From Tubulanus polymorphus (lineage: Eukaryota > Animalia > Nemertea), in the NCBI RefSeq assembly GCF_964204645.1, contig NC_134031.1, positions 1,550,001 to 1,614,000 on the forward strand: a stretch of DNA of 64,000 nucleotides. Direction: 5' to 3'. This document shows, one piece after another, positions 14,001 to 43,266 of this stretch (its first letter is position 1; every line of letters starts with the position of its first letter). A program made the translations under genes and the position numbers. Below the pieces are notes generated by a model. It did not search any database and had not been told where the DNA came from. It saw only the letters and a list, made by a program, of their open reading frames with translations.

Positions 14001-15100
14001 GGGAGCTAGAGTTAACTCTGAACTCAGGATCCAGTTCCGCAATCGTGGATAAGAGTTAACTTTGAACTCAGGATCCAGTCCCACAGTTGGGAGCTAGAGT
14101 TAACTTTGAACTCAGGATCCAGTCCTACAGTTGGGAGCTAGAGTTAACTCTGAACTCAGGATCCAGTTCCACAGTCGTGGATTAGAGTTAACTCTTAACT
14201 CAGGATCTAGTCCCACAGTTGTGAGTGAAGAGTTAACTGTGAACTCAGGATCCAGTTCCACAGTTGTGAGTGAAGAGTTAACTCTTGAGTTGAAAATACT
14301 TCATTTTCAGTTATAACTCATGAGACAAATTGTTAGTCAATTTGTGGAATTAGGTCCCAGGTTCTTTTGAAGGTCAGGGATTGGAATCCAAAATTCCCCT
14401 GATATTTCCATGTGAAGCAGCGATTATTTTATTGTATAGCGCTATATAAACGAATCAATAATTACCTGGTCGGGTAGCGATGTTGACTCGAAGGAGATTT
14501 TCGTTTTTCCAGTGAACTCGGCGTCGCGTAAGAGAAATTGAGAGTTTTACTCGGATTAACGGGCGTCGCTCGTAAACTCTTATCGAGACTCGGACTAGAA
14601 TCGACCGTCACGTTACGATCGATGATAGCTCGTCGTTTCTTCACCGACGCTGGTGTACGAGGTCCTCCGAGGTTTCTACGACCTCGCGGAGACTTCCTCT
14701 TCGTTAATACCGGGGTACTCGTGAATTTCCTCGCACCTCGTGATCCCGAACCCGGGGATCCAGCGCCGTCCGGGGATCCGGCTTCGTTGTTTGAACCGGT
14801 TTTTAAAATACTTTTCGATTGTAATTTTTTTCGTGCGCTAGAACTCGAACCGGCTATAATTCTACTCTCACCGCTCGGAGTGCTTCGTTTAGCATCGACG
14901 GCGCCATCTAACGGTATTTCATGGCATCGTTTTCGAGGGCGAGAAATATTTTCTTTGCCGTCTATTTTCATTTCTTCGTTTAACTCGACCGATAAAGATG
15001 TTTTAAGGTGTGATAACCCGCGACGGTTTAAAGCTTGTTTCGCGTGTAATGTTTCCAGTAGTTTAGCATTTTTAGCTCGTAATTCATCGACTTCATCCAT
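11010..15100 (-). CDS. MIIP: Migration and invasion inhibitory protein-like; coding exons 15100-14466, 13869-13710, 13319-13060, 12691-12630, 12083-11951, 11865-11769, 11451-11347, 11270-11010
   Basis: Spliced product contains RPLLGYDWIAGVLDN..EEMKAFRNRHKKEC, CIHTYNVNSRLFTVP..CPIC and RISIP..RPHRRKSFEPSDSCALSEHCLAGYD, all characteristic MIIP blocks. All junctions are GT-AG and in phase. Confidence 0.88.
13938..14360. repeat. About 44-bp minisatellite (about 8 units) inside a family A MITE
   Basis: Repeated GAGTTAACTCTGAACTCAGGATCCAGTYCCACAGT units bounded by family A termini. Confidence 0.85.
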
Positions 15101-15813
15101 TATAAACTGAAATCAGAGATAAATAACAACAAATTACTAACAGCCACAAGGAACAGAAAAATACAAGACTAAGAACACATCTCCCAAGCTGAATGCAGCA
15201 GGTCGAAAGTGATCATATCTGCTCAAGTCTGGCTCTATATGCGAATCTGAAAATACCAGACTCCAGATTCCATCGGCATCGCGTATTGATTGTGACTGAG
15301 CAGTGACAGGGTACGCATACAAGTTATGTACGGCTCAGGCCTGCGACCGCAGCTTAAGTTAGTCAGAGGTAAAAAAGTTTTTTTAACATAATACGATAGG
15401 GATATTGTGGTTGGTCAAATAGACCCTGACGTGCACCACTAACTACATGTTACTCACAGAAGATTCAGACTCGATGCTAAGTAGTAGAGTGAGTAGGCCT
15501 ATCTATCTATCCGGTCATCCTTTATTACCGAGATGCCGTATTTTACCGAGATGAACCGAGATGAAATTAAATATATCATATTTATTTATTCCGGTCATCC
15601 TGATTACCGAGAATAGATGCCGTATTTTACCGAGATGAAATTAAATATATCATATTTATTTATTCCTATCTATCTCTTTTTTTTCTTCAATTAAATTTGA
15701 TTGATTCCCCTATAGTAGCTCTGAACGGCCCTCCCGTTTGAAATTTAAAGCTTAAATCGACAAAACAATGAACTACAGGAAATAAAGACAAAGATTAACA
15801 CAGAATCAATCAC

Positions 15814-16035
15814 CTCTATCTTGAGAAAGCGCGCTATAATTTAGATTAAAAACTCGACTAATTCACTTCAAAATTTTTGAAATGACCGCGGCCATTACGA
15901 GTATTGCTAAATCGCGGCAGTCGGATTTTATTTTCACTCGCTTCTCTGTGTATACTATCAAGCCTTCCGTGAAATAGTGTTCTCACGAATGACCCAGTCT
16001 CGGGTGCTGTAGATATACCGGGAATCCCCTAGAAA
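15814..16035. promoter_or_regulatory. Compact bidirectional promoter region MIIP / XXYLT1
   Basis: Minus-strand donor (GAG|GTGATT) at about 15814 for a non-coding MIIP exon 1. The XXYLT1 ATG is at 16036, head-to-head. Confidence 0.55.
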
Positions 16036-17288
16036 ATGGCGCTGATCTGGAGATTGATCGTTAAACTTTCATCGATAAAGACGTTGATTTCTGTCGGATT
16101 AGGATTTGCTGTTTTATTTACGCTACTTTTAACCTATAAATCGATCTCTTCAAGGCCGAATCAGACAATAACCGACTTGATTCGAGGTTCGCAAGCGATG
16201 CGAGAACTGTACAAACATGGTCAAATCGAAGAGGTTGAACATGTTGCATTCAAGTTTCCTCTACAACTGAATCGGAGCGAAAAATCTATAAAATCATCTC
16301 AGTCCAGTGAAATCAAACCACTAGATGTCGTTATAGTATTCACTAATGCCGAGGATGATTGGAATTTAAGAGAAAAACTAAATGACAATATTAAAAGTTT
16401 ATTATTTTATTCCTCGGCTCCGATCAACTTCTATTTCATCGGAGACGAAATCAGTCAAACTATCGCTAATAAAGTGGTGGCTAAATATGCAGCACAATTT
16501 CATATTACATCTCAGGTATTTACACAATGCATTATTGTCTATTCCGAAACTTTATTTATAGATAAACTGAAGGGCAAAATATCCACATCTTCGATGTTTC
16601 TTGATTATTTCAGGTGGTAAGAATTGATGTGTTCAGTATTGCTAGAGGTTTGGGTGAAGTGATCCGTCCAATGCAGCAGCATTTCAGCTTTAAACCGGGA
16701 GCTTATTACAACAATGAATTATTTTTCCTGTCTCTAGCCATACACCGCGTGATGCCTCTTAAAATCGATCGAGTCGTCATGTTAGATGTCGACCTAATTT
16801 TCAAAGACGACATCAAAAAACTTTACGACCACTTTGAGAAATTCAAAAGTACGAATTTGATCGGATTGGCTCGCGAGCAGCAGCCCGTTTATAGACACGC
16901 GTTCTGGAAATACCGTAAACATCACCCGAGCACGCGGGTCGGTGAACCGCCACCAGGGGGCCTCACAGGCTTCAATAGCGGAGTCGTTTTACTACGGTTA
17001 AATCGAATGCGCGAATCGAACCTTTATAATCGGTTATTAACTCGAAGCGCTGTTCAGAATCTGACGGAGAGTTTCATGTTTAAAGGACACCTCGGTGATC
17101 AGGATTTCTTCAGTATCGTCGCCATGCGATACGACGAATTGTTTTATATTTTACCGTGTTCTTGGAATCGTCAACTGTGCCAATGGTGGAAGGATAAAGG
17201 CTACGAAACTATCTTCGATTTATATCATAAATGTGATCTAGATATTCATATCTACCACGGTAACTGTCGCACAAAGATTTATAACTGA
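16036..17288 (+). CDS. XXYLT1: Xyloside xylosyltransferase 1 (GT8, type II membrane protein); exons 16036-16515 and 16614-17288
   Basis: N-terminal TM helix, DxD motif (MLDVDL), REQQPVYRH, GFNSGVVLL, FKGHLGDQDFF, CSWNRQLC and IYHGNC motifs. 98-nt GT-AG intron in phase 0. Confidence 0.93.
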
Positions 17289-17804
17289 ATCGTCCTCGGT
17301 TCTTTTATACAGTAATTCTTTTACTCCTTCTAATTATACCACTTGCCAAATGTGTTCATTTTATAAAAATGTGTTGTTTATGATTTAGTTTGAACTTATA
17401 ACATGTTTTCCATATCTTCACGTAATCGATGTTCATTTTTACATTTTTCACCGTATTTTATACAATATTTTGTATGCATTTCATTCAATTTTAATACGAA
17501 GCCTTAAATGTTTGTATCTTGTTATAATACTCATCAGTATGCAATTAAATATGAGTTAATTAAGACTTTTTTCTTTTCGATGTTTTCATGGTTTTTTCTG
17601 CGGAACTCCAAATAGCCGCCATCCATATCAAACTTATTAAATCGAGAAACTGAAAACATTTTAGGAAAGATTATTTTTTCTTTTATTACATTGAGATTAA
17701 TTTTTACAATATCAGTCCACGAAAAATTTCTCGAAAAACATCAACGGGCTGTTCACAACTAGACATGTTTAATCACTACGACAATAATTAAGAGATTAAT
17801 TAAA

Positions 17805-19408
17805 TTATCCCTGGTAGAATTTCGGTAAATCGTCGTTAAGAATAAGACGTCTTTCGACACCTTTCTCGGTGATTGTAGCAGTTCTTATAACACCGCCACT
17901 CGATCCATCACGAATCATCGCCAGAGCAAGAGCTGAAAAAAACAACATCAAACTTAACCTGCTGTCAATCGGAGGAGGGGGCAGGAAAACCCTGTTAGCT
18001 TAACTTTGGCTTATCTAGCTAAACAGCTTTAAATAAGAGGCCCCATGAAATCATAACAATAGTTTGGTTAACAGCGTTTTCCTGCACCCATTTACGTCCA
18101 ACCACAGTGAGCACTAACAGGGGGGTTTTCCTGCCCCAGCCATGTGATACTCTGGGGCTGCAGTTGCTCAAAAGTGGGTTACAGTTAACCAGTGGATATT
18201 TGACATATAGTGACAATGAAAAGTTCATTGTTTCTATAGTATTTATCCGCCAGTTACCTTTAACCACCTTTGGAGCAACTGACCCCTGGCAGTCAAATAC
18301 TTACAGTTTGTTACGAAATCTTCACATTCTTTTTTGGTCATATTTTCCTTGAAATGTGCATCGACGTAACCCCAGATATACGTGCTGCCTGAACCTCCGA
18401 CAGCTACTGGTTGTCTGATCAATGCTCCCCCTAGTGGCACTGAATATACCTACAATTACAAATACCGAGTTATCAGCACCTGCTCACAGAGACTGCTGTA
18501 GATGATGAGAAGCAGGGAATCAGGAATCACGAATTCATACCTGTCCTCCTTTTTGTTTATCCCAGCCGGCTACGATAATTCCGGCTGATATTTGATCTCT
18601 GTATCCGTAGCACATATTCTGAAAGATGCGCGCTGCCGTGGCAACGGTTGGCTCATCATTCATTTGCATCCTAGAATTAAATAAAACATACTTTAACTGA
18701 AACACTTTAGAAATATCTCAACGCAATTGCTTTGTGTCTAAACTGAATTTTCAACGAAGGAACCCGTAATGTAACTAGGCGAGTTAGGCAACTAATGTGT
18801 AAGAATGAAACCTTGAATGATGTTTGTTGTAAAAACTTACTTGTAAAAGTTCATGTTATATTTACAGATATCGGCGACAGCTTGAGTATCGGCTGATGAA
18901 CCAGATCGACAACAATAAATATTATCAGTTATACATGTCAATTTATCAGTCACACGATTCGGGATATACGACCTACAATGGAAAGAGTCAGATGATAATG
19001 GAAGCAAGAAAATAGATGTAGGGCTAACCTAAAGTGATACGGATTTAGACTGTGGTCGGTCCTTCTCGGAGTAACACTAACCCCGTAGTTGTTCGTGAGT
19101 CTGCCCCAATAACGACTCCACCATCGAATTCAACAGCAAAAATTGACGTCTGCAAATACATAAATAAAGTCTTATCAACAAGTTACTTAGCGTTTAGAAG
19201 ACAGACTATTTATTGATCGTTGAGCGACGATTCGATGCCAATTAAACACGTAATTAATCAGTAAGACTTATTTAAAGCTTCTCGTGAATTAAATTCAGTT
19301 TCCAATTACCCCTGTTGTGTGTTCAGAAGTCCAATCGTGGGCTCTGAAAGAATGTTGTGATGCATTTTTACATCCCAAATTCGGCTTTATCATCATTGAG
19401 GCTGCCAT
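17805..19408 (-). CDS. PSMB6: Proteasome subunit beta type-6 (beta1); exons 19408-19310, 19149-19082, 18972-18841, 18670-18541, 18449-18305, 17932-17805
   Basis: Propeptide ending ..EHTTG followed by catalytic Thr1 in [35 protein letters not shown]. Also [24 protein letters not shown] and [10 protein letters not shown]. Confidence 0.95.
18155..18285. mobile_element. MITE family B (TIR GGGCTGCAGTTGC, CWG TSD); copies at 25464-25591 (CAG TSD) and about 12765-12965
   Basis: TIRs with CTG..CTG flanks; homologous copies elsewhere in the window. Confidence 0.8.
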
Positions 19409-20681
19409 TTTACTGAATTGAATTTGACTTGACAGATGGCGCCACCGCCTTGTCCTTGTTGAATGAATACTCTCGCTTGCCAGAGTATGCCTCACGTTTA
19501 GATGATTTTTTCCTATGAGAGAAGAGACCAGTCATTGGCCTGGGACCTGTAGCTCTAGAGTTGGATAGACTGGTAACCTGCATTCTGTCGGAAATATGAA
19601 TAAAAACGGAGAATCTTTCCAAAAATGGCCAGATGCAATTGTGACTCACAGACTATAAAATTTGTCCAATAGCTAAGTAACTACTTATGTGCGGCAGTGA
19701 TGGCCTTGTCAATGTCATGAGAAATCTGACTGCTCCATACAAATGCGTCCTCGTATAAATAAATGATACAAAGAAACAAGATTTCAATTTCAATTTTGTG
19801 ACAGCAACACTGTATTTATCTTATCTGCACTAAATCTTTACAAAAACATAGATTATTTCTTATTACACAACTACAGCTTTGAAAACATACAACAAAGGCT
19901 GGTTTTCATGTGGGGAGACCTGCTGCCAGCCTTGAACATACATACATACATACACAATATAAAAAAAAATATCAGTACTCAACCCACAATGGTTGTCATA
20001 ATTACTATATTATTTACAAAGTATTCTGTTATCACTAAAAAAAAATTTTTACTTCGATTGTATTCATTCAATGCATGAAATTACGATTTTCCAAACAACT
20101 GTGAAAATATAATCAACAAAGAGAACATTAATTGCATTAACTCTGCCTTAATTAGTTTGTATGAAGTGAGTCATGAAGATAGAAGGCATTGTATGATACC
20201 CAGATCAATTACTGGCGATGAGACCAAAGCACAAATAAATGCCATCAGAACCTGTGAAAATAAAAAGATATTTCATTAAGTAAAAGCCTTATGATAGTCA
20301 CACAATAGTCAAACACAGGGTTCTTACAGATCAGGGAATGGGAATCTTTTCGGAATCTGAATTTTTGGTGAATTGTTCTTGCTGGTAACAAGTGGCCCGA
20401 GGAACCTCTTGACTTGAGACAGCCCCTACTGATGATATCTACTTCAGGGGATCTGACTCTTTTCTTGAAATCAGGGAATTTGAATCTTTGTGTTGTTGTT
20501 CTTGCTGGTGATGAGTGACACAAGGAATCTCTTGATAAGAAACAGCCCCCGCTGAGGATTTCTAGTAATCTAATCAGGGAATTTATTGTCACAGGTCACC
20601 GGAAATCAAGGAATATTGGATTTAATTCTATTTTTAAGGACCCTGTAAACCAGATACGGCACGTAAAATCAACTTACACGT

Positions 20682-37308
<16,627 letters not shown>

Positions 37309-37403
37309 TTTTCGCAGTATTTTCAGTATCCTAAAGCTCAAATTTTAGTATCTCATGCTCTCGCGTTTCTCGGCCTTTGTTGATTGACAGTGCGAGGAAT
37401 CGA

Positions 37404-37454
37404 TGACGTCACCGTCTAATCAATTACCAATTAGTACTCGAATCCCATAATGCA
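37404..37454. promoter_or_regulatory. CHD promoter: CRE palindrome TGACGTCA (37404-37411) and Staf/ZNF143-like TCCCATAATGCA (37443-37454)
   Basis: Motif matches 100-150 bp upstream of the CHD ATG. Confidence 0.5.
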
Positions 37455-38240
37455 AAGCAAAACATCTCCTACTAATAATTAACTAGTCCATCCAGTTAGA
37501 TAGGCAAACATGAATTGGTATTAAAAGGCCTCTTACGAACTTTTAAAGTTCTATGAAAGTTGTATATCATCGTCTTATTGCTGTAAATACGGGATTCGAA
37601 CCCTGGCGAATTCTACCATTTTTATTTTCATCATTCAAATATTTAACTTCATCGAGTTTGTGTATATTCATTGTATTCAGTTAATTGCATTTGTGGATTT
37701 TGGAAATGTTTTGTATCAATTTGGGTCCAATAAAGATACATTATACTTTGCGGTACGGAATTTGAACTTCCCCGTACAGCCGTCCTTCATTTCGATATGT
37801 CCCTGCTACGCTCGAATGCGCGCGGATTTGGATCGTCTATCTGGAGCTATCTTTCAATGACACGGTGAGGAGATTTTAGTATTCTTAGCTAGAAAAACAC
37901 GTGAAAAAATGTATCAGCTATGAAATTAGGTCGTCACGGTTTTTCGTAGATATCTTCTTCCTTATCTTGTCTCGTCGAGGAAATCAAATAACTGCCTTCT
38001 TCGATTCGAGTTCGACTTCGAGTTCTTCTTCGGCGGTTCGGCTTCCGCTCCTCTTCTAGCAACTTCCCAGGATATAATAGGATGAATTTAGTAAATGAAA
38101 GTAGGTGTCGTGTTTAGGGGAAATCTAACTCTATCTTTTAACAATGCAACTGCAGAAAAGATAAGTTTTACCTAAAAAAAAAATTCACCCCTTAAATTGT
38201 TCACCAAAACACATTATCATCCACATAGCCCTAATCCTGT

Positions 38241-38308
38241 AGTGTTGCTGGGATTGGAACCTTCAACCTCTTGCATGCGAATCGAGCATGCTAACCACTA
38301 GACCACCG
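38241..38308 (-). pseudogene. tRNA-derived fragment / SINE head
   Basis: A-box TGGTCTAGTGG and degenerate B-box GGTTCCAATCCC at tRNA spacing; the acceptor stem does not pair. Confidence 0.55.
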
Positions 38309-39190
38309 AATCAATGTGTCAGACTTTGGAAATTTGTTTTGAATGAAATCAGTGACCAGTCAACAGTGGTAACCAGTCAGGTGTAGTGATCAGTGGTGAC
38401 CAGTCAGCTGTGCTGGTGACTCTATTCACTAACATTACTCTGTTATTGCCAGGTTTATTCAGTAAAACAATTCTTAGTCCAGACAGAAGTTTATTATTTA
38501 GGCAAAACTAGGACATGAAGAAAATAAAACTAAAATGTTAAACCCAGAATGACTTTCTAGAAAATCATGCTTCTCGGTCCACGGAAAAACAATGTCTCCA
38601 TATCTTATCAAATATTCTAAGAATTTTCATTCAAAGTAATGATTTGGAATTTTAGAAAACAAATCTAATCTTTTTGATCAAGTTTTTTTTACATTATGAT
38701 ATTAATGTGTATTGAATTTGTGTAATTTTTTGAAAATATGTGAAATCAGTTTCATTCACACATATTTCTGTAGATCGTAAGTGTTTCGGTTGAAGAAATG
38801 AAAAAAAAAAGGTACTCAAAATCTAATGGACTTGTAGCCCGTGGGTCTGAGCCTGACAAACAGATTACAATGCTGTTGGTGTCCTATAAAAGCGGTCGAA
38901 GACTTGGGGAATTACAATACTTGTAAAAATGTCAATTGTATTTTGGCGTCGAACAGTTTTAGAAATTAGTTTTTACATATAATTGAATGACCTTTCGTCA
39001 AATATATCCATATGCAGAGATATCAATGAGGACGGTGACGGCGACAGATGTTCGTGAGATAATGAATAACGATTGATTCACTATCGAACGTAGGCCTATA
39101 CCCGGCGTTCCCTCGCGTTCCCTCGATCTGATCAACAGCGTTAGTGATCATATCGATTTAATCCTGTTCAGCTGTCATCTAACGACGTAC

Positions 39191-39493
39191 TGCATTCTGG
39201 GAGCTAGCTGTAAACGACAGATATCCAGCCAGCCTGTCGTCTCTCTCCGCGCGAGTAACGTATGCTGCTGCTGCTGTGTTTCCTATATGATCGATGATTC
39301 GTAATCTCGTCCCGGGATGAAGCTATAAACAACCAGAAAAATAAAACTGGTCCGCCGGAATTTCGATTCGGGATTTATATGAATTTTTAACGCGTTTGTT
39401 GATATCGATGATGTTTCGTCGTTTTTATTCGTCGTCGGATTAAAACGTCGCGTTGATTAACGGAATATCAATTCAGCGTTTACTTCATCGAAG
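39191..39493 (+). promoter_or_regulatory. Probable TBC1D2 promoter and non-coding first exon, with a ZNF143-like site (TCCCAGAATGCA, minus strand, 39191-39202)
   Basis: CpG-rich patch ending at a donor GAAG|GTAAAG at about 39493. Confidence 0.4.
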
Positions 39494-40573
39494 GTAAAGA
39501 GAAAACTGAAGAAAGCGATGAGAAAATAATTTCCTTTTTATTAAGATTCGTTTATTCGTTATGATTAAGATAATTTCTACATGAGCTGTTGTCATTTTTA
39601 CAAGTTTCAACCTTATATTTGTGTGTGCAGTTTCCATTTACTGCGGGAATTTAATTTAACATTTTAACATTGATTCCGGGTGATTGTAAATTTCATCTGA
39701 AACAAGCCTTCTATTCATTGAGGAATAGGGAGGAGTTGTACTTCGATGAGAAATACTTCTGAATCATTTTCAATAATTGGCCCGAAGATAAAAGAATAAT
39801 ACGTGCAACAGTTTTAGAATTAATGATGAATCATCATGTGACACGGCGAGAACCGATCACTTATCGATCATTAAATTCCGTGTAAATCCGGAATCTTGTT
39901 TTAAACTTGAAACTTTTGAACAAAAAACCATAAAACTCCTAGTTGTTTTACTAGCGCAAAATATTTGATTATCGTCTCAAATCGTGATCGGAATTCGATG
40001 TTGTACGCAAAATTGTATTGATATTTTCGTCTAGATTTAAACAAACATGCCCTCTAAATTTCCTGGTGCCATTTTATTCCAATTATTTGACATATCGTTT
40101 TAGACTGAAGAAACGTGGCGTAGAAACCACACGAAATATTTCTACATTTAACTTCATTCAATTATCGTGGGATTGGAATTTAGAAATCACGCTACGGAGT
40201 GAATCCTTTATAATTGCAACATTTTACTGACAGTTCTCTCGTTTCCTGGGGCTGTGTTTACCCCCAAACAGGACGCTTGCCTCTGGAGAATATGTAAGAT
40301 ATACATATAATGTTTAATGCATATAGAATTATTGATTTTGTTCTATTAAATTGAAAATTGGCATATTTTTAATTGTACCATATTGTATTGTCTGCCTCAC
40401 TATGGCTATGTTTCGTGTTGCTACGCGGCTGCATTTTTTAGTAACGGGTATTTTAATGAATCTACGTAAAATAGAGAATTTTTAGTTCGAGTTTGATGTC
40501 GGTACTTATTACTTGCATAAAAGAATCGGTGTTTATTTCAAATAATTGAACGTCGAGTGAAATCAACCATGGC

Positions 40574-40670
40574 AACAAGGTAGATCCAACAAGGTAGATC
40601 CAACGAGGTAGATCCAACAAGGTAGATCCAACAAGGTAGATCCAACTAGGTTAATCCATCTAGGTAGATC
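40574..40670. repeat. 14-bp tandem repeat (CAACAAGGTAGATC)n
   Basis: About 7 direct units. Confidence 0.9.
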
Positions 40671-43187
40671 AGATCCTAGTGGAGTAAGAAAAATGAATGT
40701 TAGTCGCTGTCTTCAGGAACGGATCCAGTGACTTGTCACATCTCAACAGGTTGTCTTCATTGACAAATTAGGAAAGGGCGCTCAAAAATATTTGAAGGAC
40801 TTCTACAAGTCTCACAAGTGCCGCTGGATCCTCACAAGTGCCCTTGGATCCTCACAAGTGCCCCTGGCCCTAGTCTTTGTAACATAGTAGATATTATCCC
40901 TGTGGAGTCGTTTGGCAGTCGTCGAGATGATTCCGAGATTCTCACAATGACCTAATTAACTGTCTCACATACAAATTATACCTAGACCAAAAACATAGCA
41001 TAAAGGATTCTTATATTCAAGATAATTGATATATGATTAGAGACTTAATTGAGTACGTTGATAATGGAAATTTAGAATCGTTTTTGATTCCTTGCCCTAA
41101 AAGACATGTAGTAGAGGAATCATTGAAGATATTGGAAGTAATTGTCAGTTGTCAGGCATTCTTGTTGAATCAATCGAATCCAGGGACGGATTCAAATGAA
41201 TGAGTCATTTTTTCGCGACGTATTAATTTTCTAAAAATAGAATTTGTTACCTCAGCACGAAATAATTGTCAATCAGGAATTCGGTCGAATTGATGACGGG
41301 GGACGACAGTGGTTACCGTGCGAGTGAGCGGGTAACCGGGTGATTCATTGATCGTGTTTGAAACGTGTTAACAGCTCTGTATTCCTCCTCCTCGTCCTCC
41401 TCGTCCTGTTAGAACAGGATATTATTGTCCGTTTCTATTATTCATCTCTGTCGATACGACACAATTCAAATAGACTTGCATCAGTTGGCTTTCATTTATA
41501 TCTAGAACCAACACGATTGACAGCTAGCTGCTGTTTTAGTGTAAATATGAATTATTGTCATCGCGCCAAATAATCATAAAACTAGGGCTAAAAATAATAC
41601 CTTGTTTCTGATAATCTGCTTCAAGTAAACTGCATGCAATTTGTAATCAGTTCATTTCTATAATTGCCGGGTTCGTTTTGATAAAGCTAAGAAATGATAT
41701 GTTGTTTCTCCTAATCGGTCGGGTCACTTCGTCAACTGCTGTCTGTAATGTTTAGGTGAAAGTAATGTTTAGGGTAGATAGGCGCCTGTTCAACTTTTAA
41801 GCTCAGCAAAAATGAGAAACAATGTATCAATTTTTTTAGCCTAACGTTTGGATTTTCATTTGTATGAATTCAACTACGGCTGCAGCCGAGGGCGTGTAAA
41901 CCACTTAATAGGATTTCCATGAAGGAATACGCGACATTTGTGAACATGAATGCAGTTTTGCATAAATGCACGATAATCCCTTCGCGATGAAGAGAGAATT
42001 GTTAATGTAATGGATTATAGGTTTTTACCTTGCGTTTAAAAGGCTAAAAAATTGATACCTTGTTTCTCCTAATCGACCGGGTCATTTTGTAAACTAAAAT
42101 AGAATTTGTCATCAGTTCATTTCCATAGCTACGCGGTCTGTTATGGTTAGCTAATGGACGCTTCGTTTTAGAGTTCATGGTTAGCTTGATCCTGATTTGA
42201 AAAAAAGTTATGTACAGGGTAGATAGGCGGCCGGCCGGGGCAACTTATAAGTTCAGCAGAAATGAAAAATAGGGTATCAATTTTATTTAGCTTTACTTCC
42301 ATATTTTCCTTAATGGACGGGATCTTTGAGAGTTTTATAATTGGACCAGAAAAAAATATCAGAAACATACGGGACTATGACCATCTAAGTTCTGTAGTCG
42401 ATCCAACAACTTTACTTAAGACCTACGTTTAAGACCTTTTGGACTTGAGTGACGATTTTTCAACTCAATTGTGAAAATTGGTCGCCATGTTTTTCATATG
42501 TTTCTAACCTCAGGGATATACTATGATAGCGATATATGACAGGATTTGAAAAACAAAGCTGCTTGTCATCCTTTTGTTACTGATAAAACACATGCCTCCA
42601 GCTCTGAAAATCTGTGACAGATTTCTATAAAATGAATTGATAACACGTGACATTTCAATCAGAATATCCATCTGACATTTACATCTCTGTAGTGGTGGTA
42701 TATGCGTTAGCACGACATTCTCCACTCGACCTTGTCCTGTTTAGCCCATAAACAGCATCTGCATTTCTTATTAATTCATCGGGGTTCGATGACATTTAAA
42801 TTTGCCTTGGAGAGAAACGATAAGGACAGAATTCTGCTGAACAAAAAGCTTAAAGTTGCTGGTGACAGCCTTCTCAATTCATTGAAATTATGATAGTCAT
42901 AAATGGGCTTCAAGGCAGATTGGTTCGTATCAATTCTGGAATTCTCTTCTGGCGTGCTAGAATACGCTATACCTATCCCGGAATAGCATCATCTGTAAAC
43001 CCTGAAGCTGCTGTTAAGTTATTAGAGTCTGTGATCCAGAATTGATATTCCTAAACCAGAAAACATTCAATTGAAACCTGCCTTAAATATCAACTTTTAA
43101 AAACTAAATTCTGACTTATTACAAATTCATCAATCGATAGATTGAAATAATATTCACTGTCATTTATGATTTGTGTTTAATTTCAGG

Positions 43188-43259
43188 ATGGGTAACACAG
43201 AGCTCCAAGTTCCGTCAAATAGAAACTATTGCTCGATTTTAATAAGAATTTCTAGATAG
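43188..43259 (+). other. uORF (23 aa, MGNTELQVPSNRNYCSILIRISR) in the TBC1D2 5' UTR
   Basis: ATG lies 1 nt after the acceptor at 43186 and the TAG ends 7 nt before the main ATG at 43267. The main frame has an upstream in-frame stop. Confidence 0.5.
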
Positions 43260-43266
43260 ACGCACT

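Noticed and set aside
13938-14330. CRISPR-like regular repeats (also 2257-2530 and 40574-40670)
   Set aside because: Eukaryotic context, no unique spacers and no cas genes; these are tandem repeats.
14538-15110. 190-aa plus-strand ORF (similar antisense ORFs at 11030, 22440, 53518, 62335, 63336)
   Set aside because: Antisense shadows of real coding exons; no independent motifs.
37930-38090. Coding-looking purine-rich minus-strand stretch between CHD and TBC1D2
   Set aside because: Short, no start or convincing splice sites, and no recognisable motif.
38241-38308. Functional tRNA genes here and at 44241-44310
   Set aside because: The cloverleaf cannot be completed and the B-box is mutated (GTTCCA).
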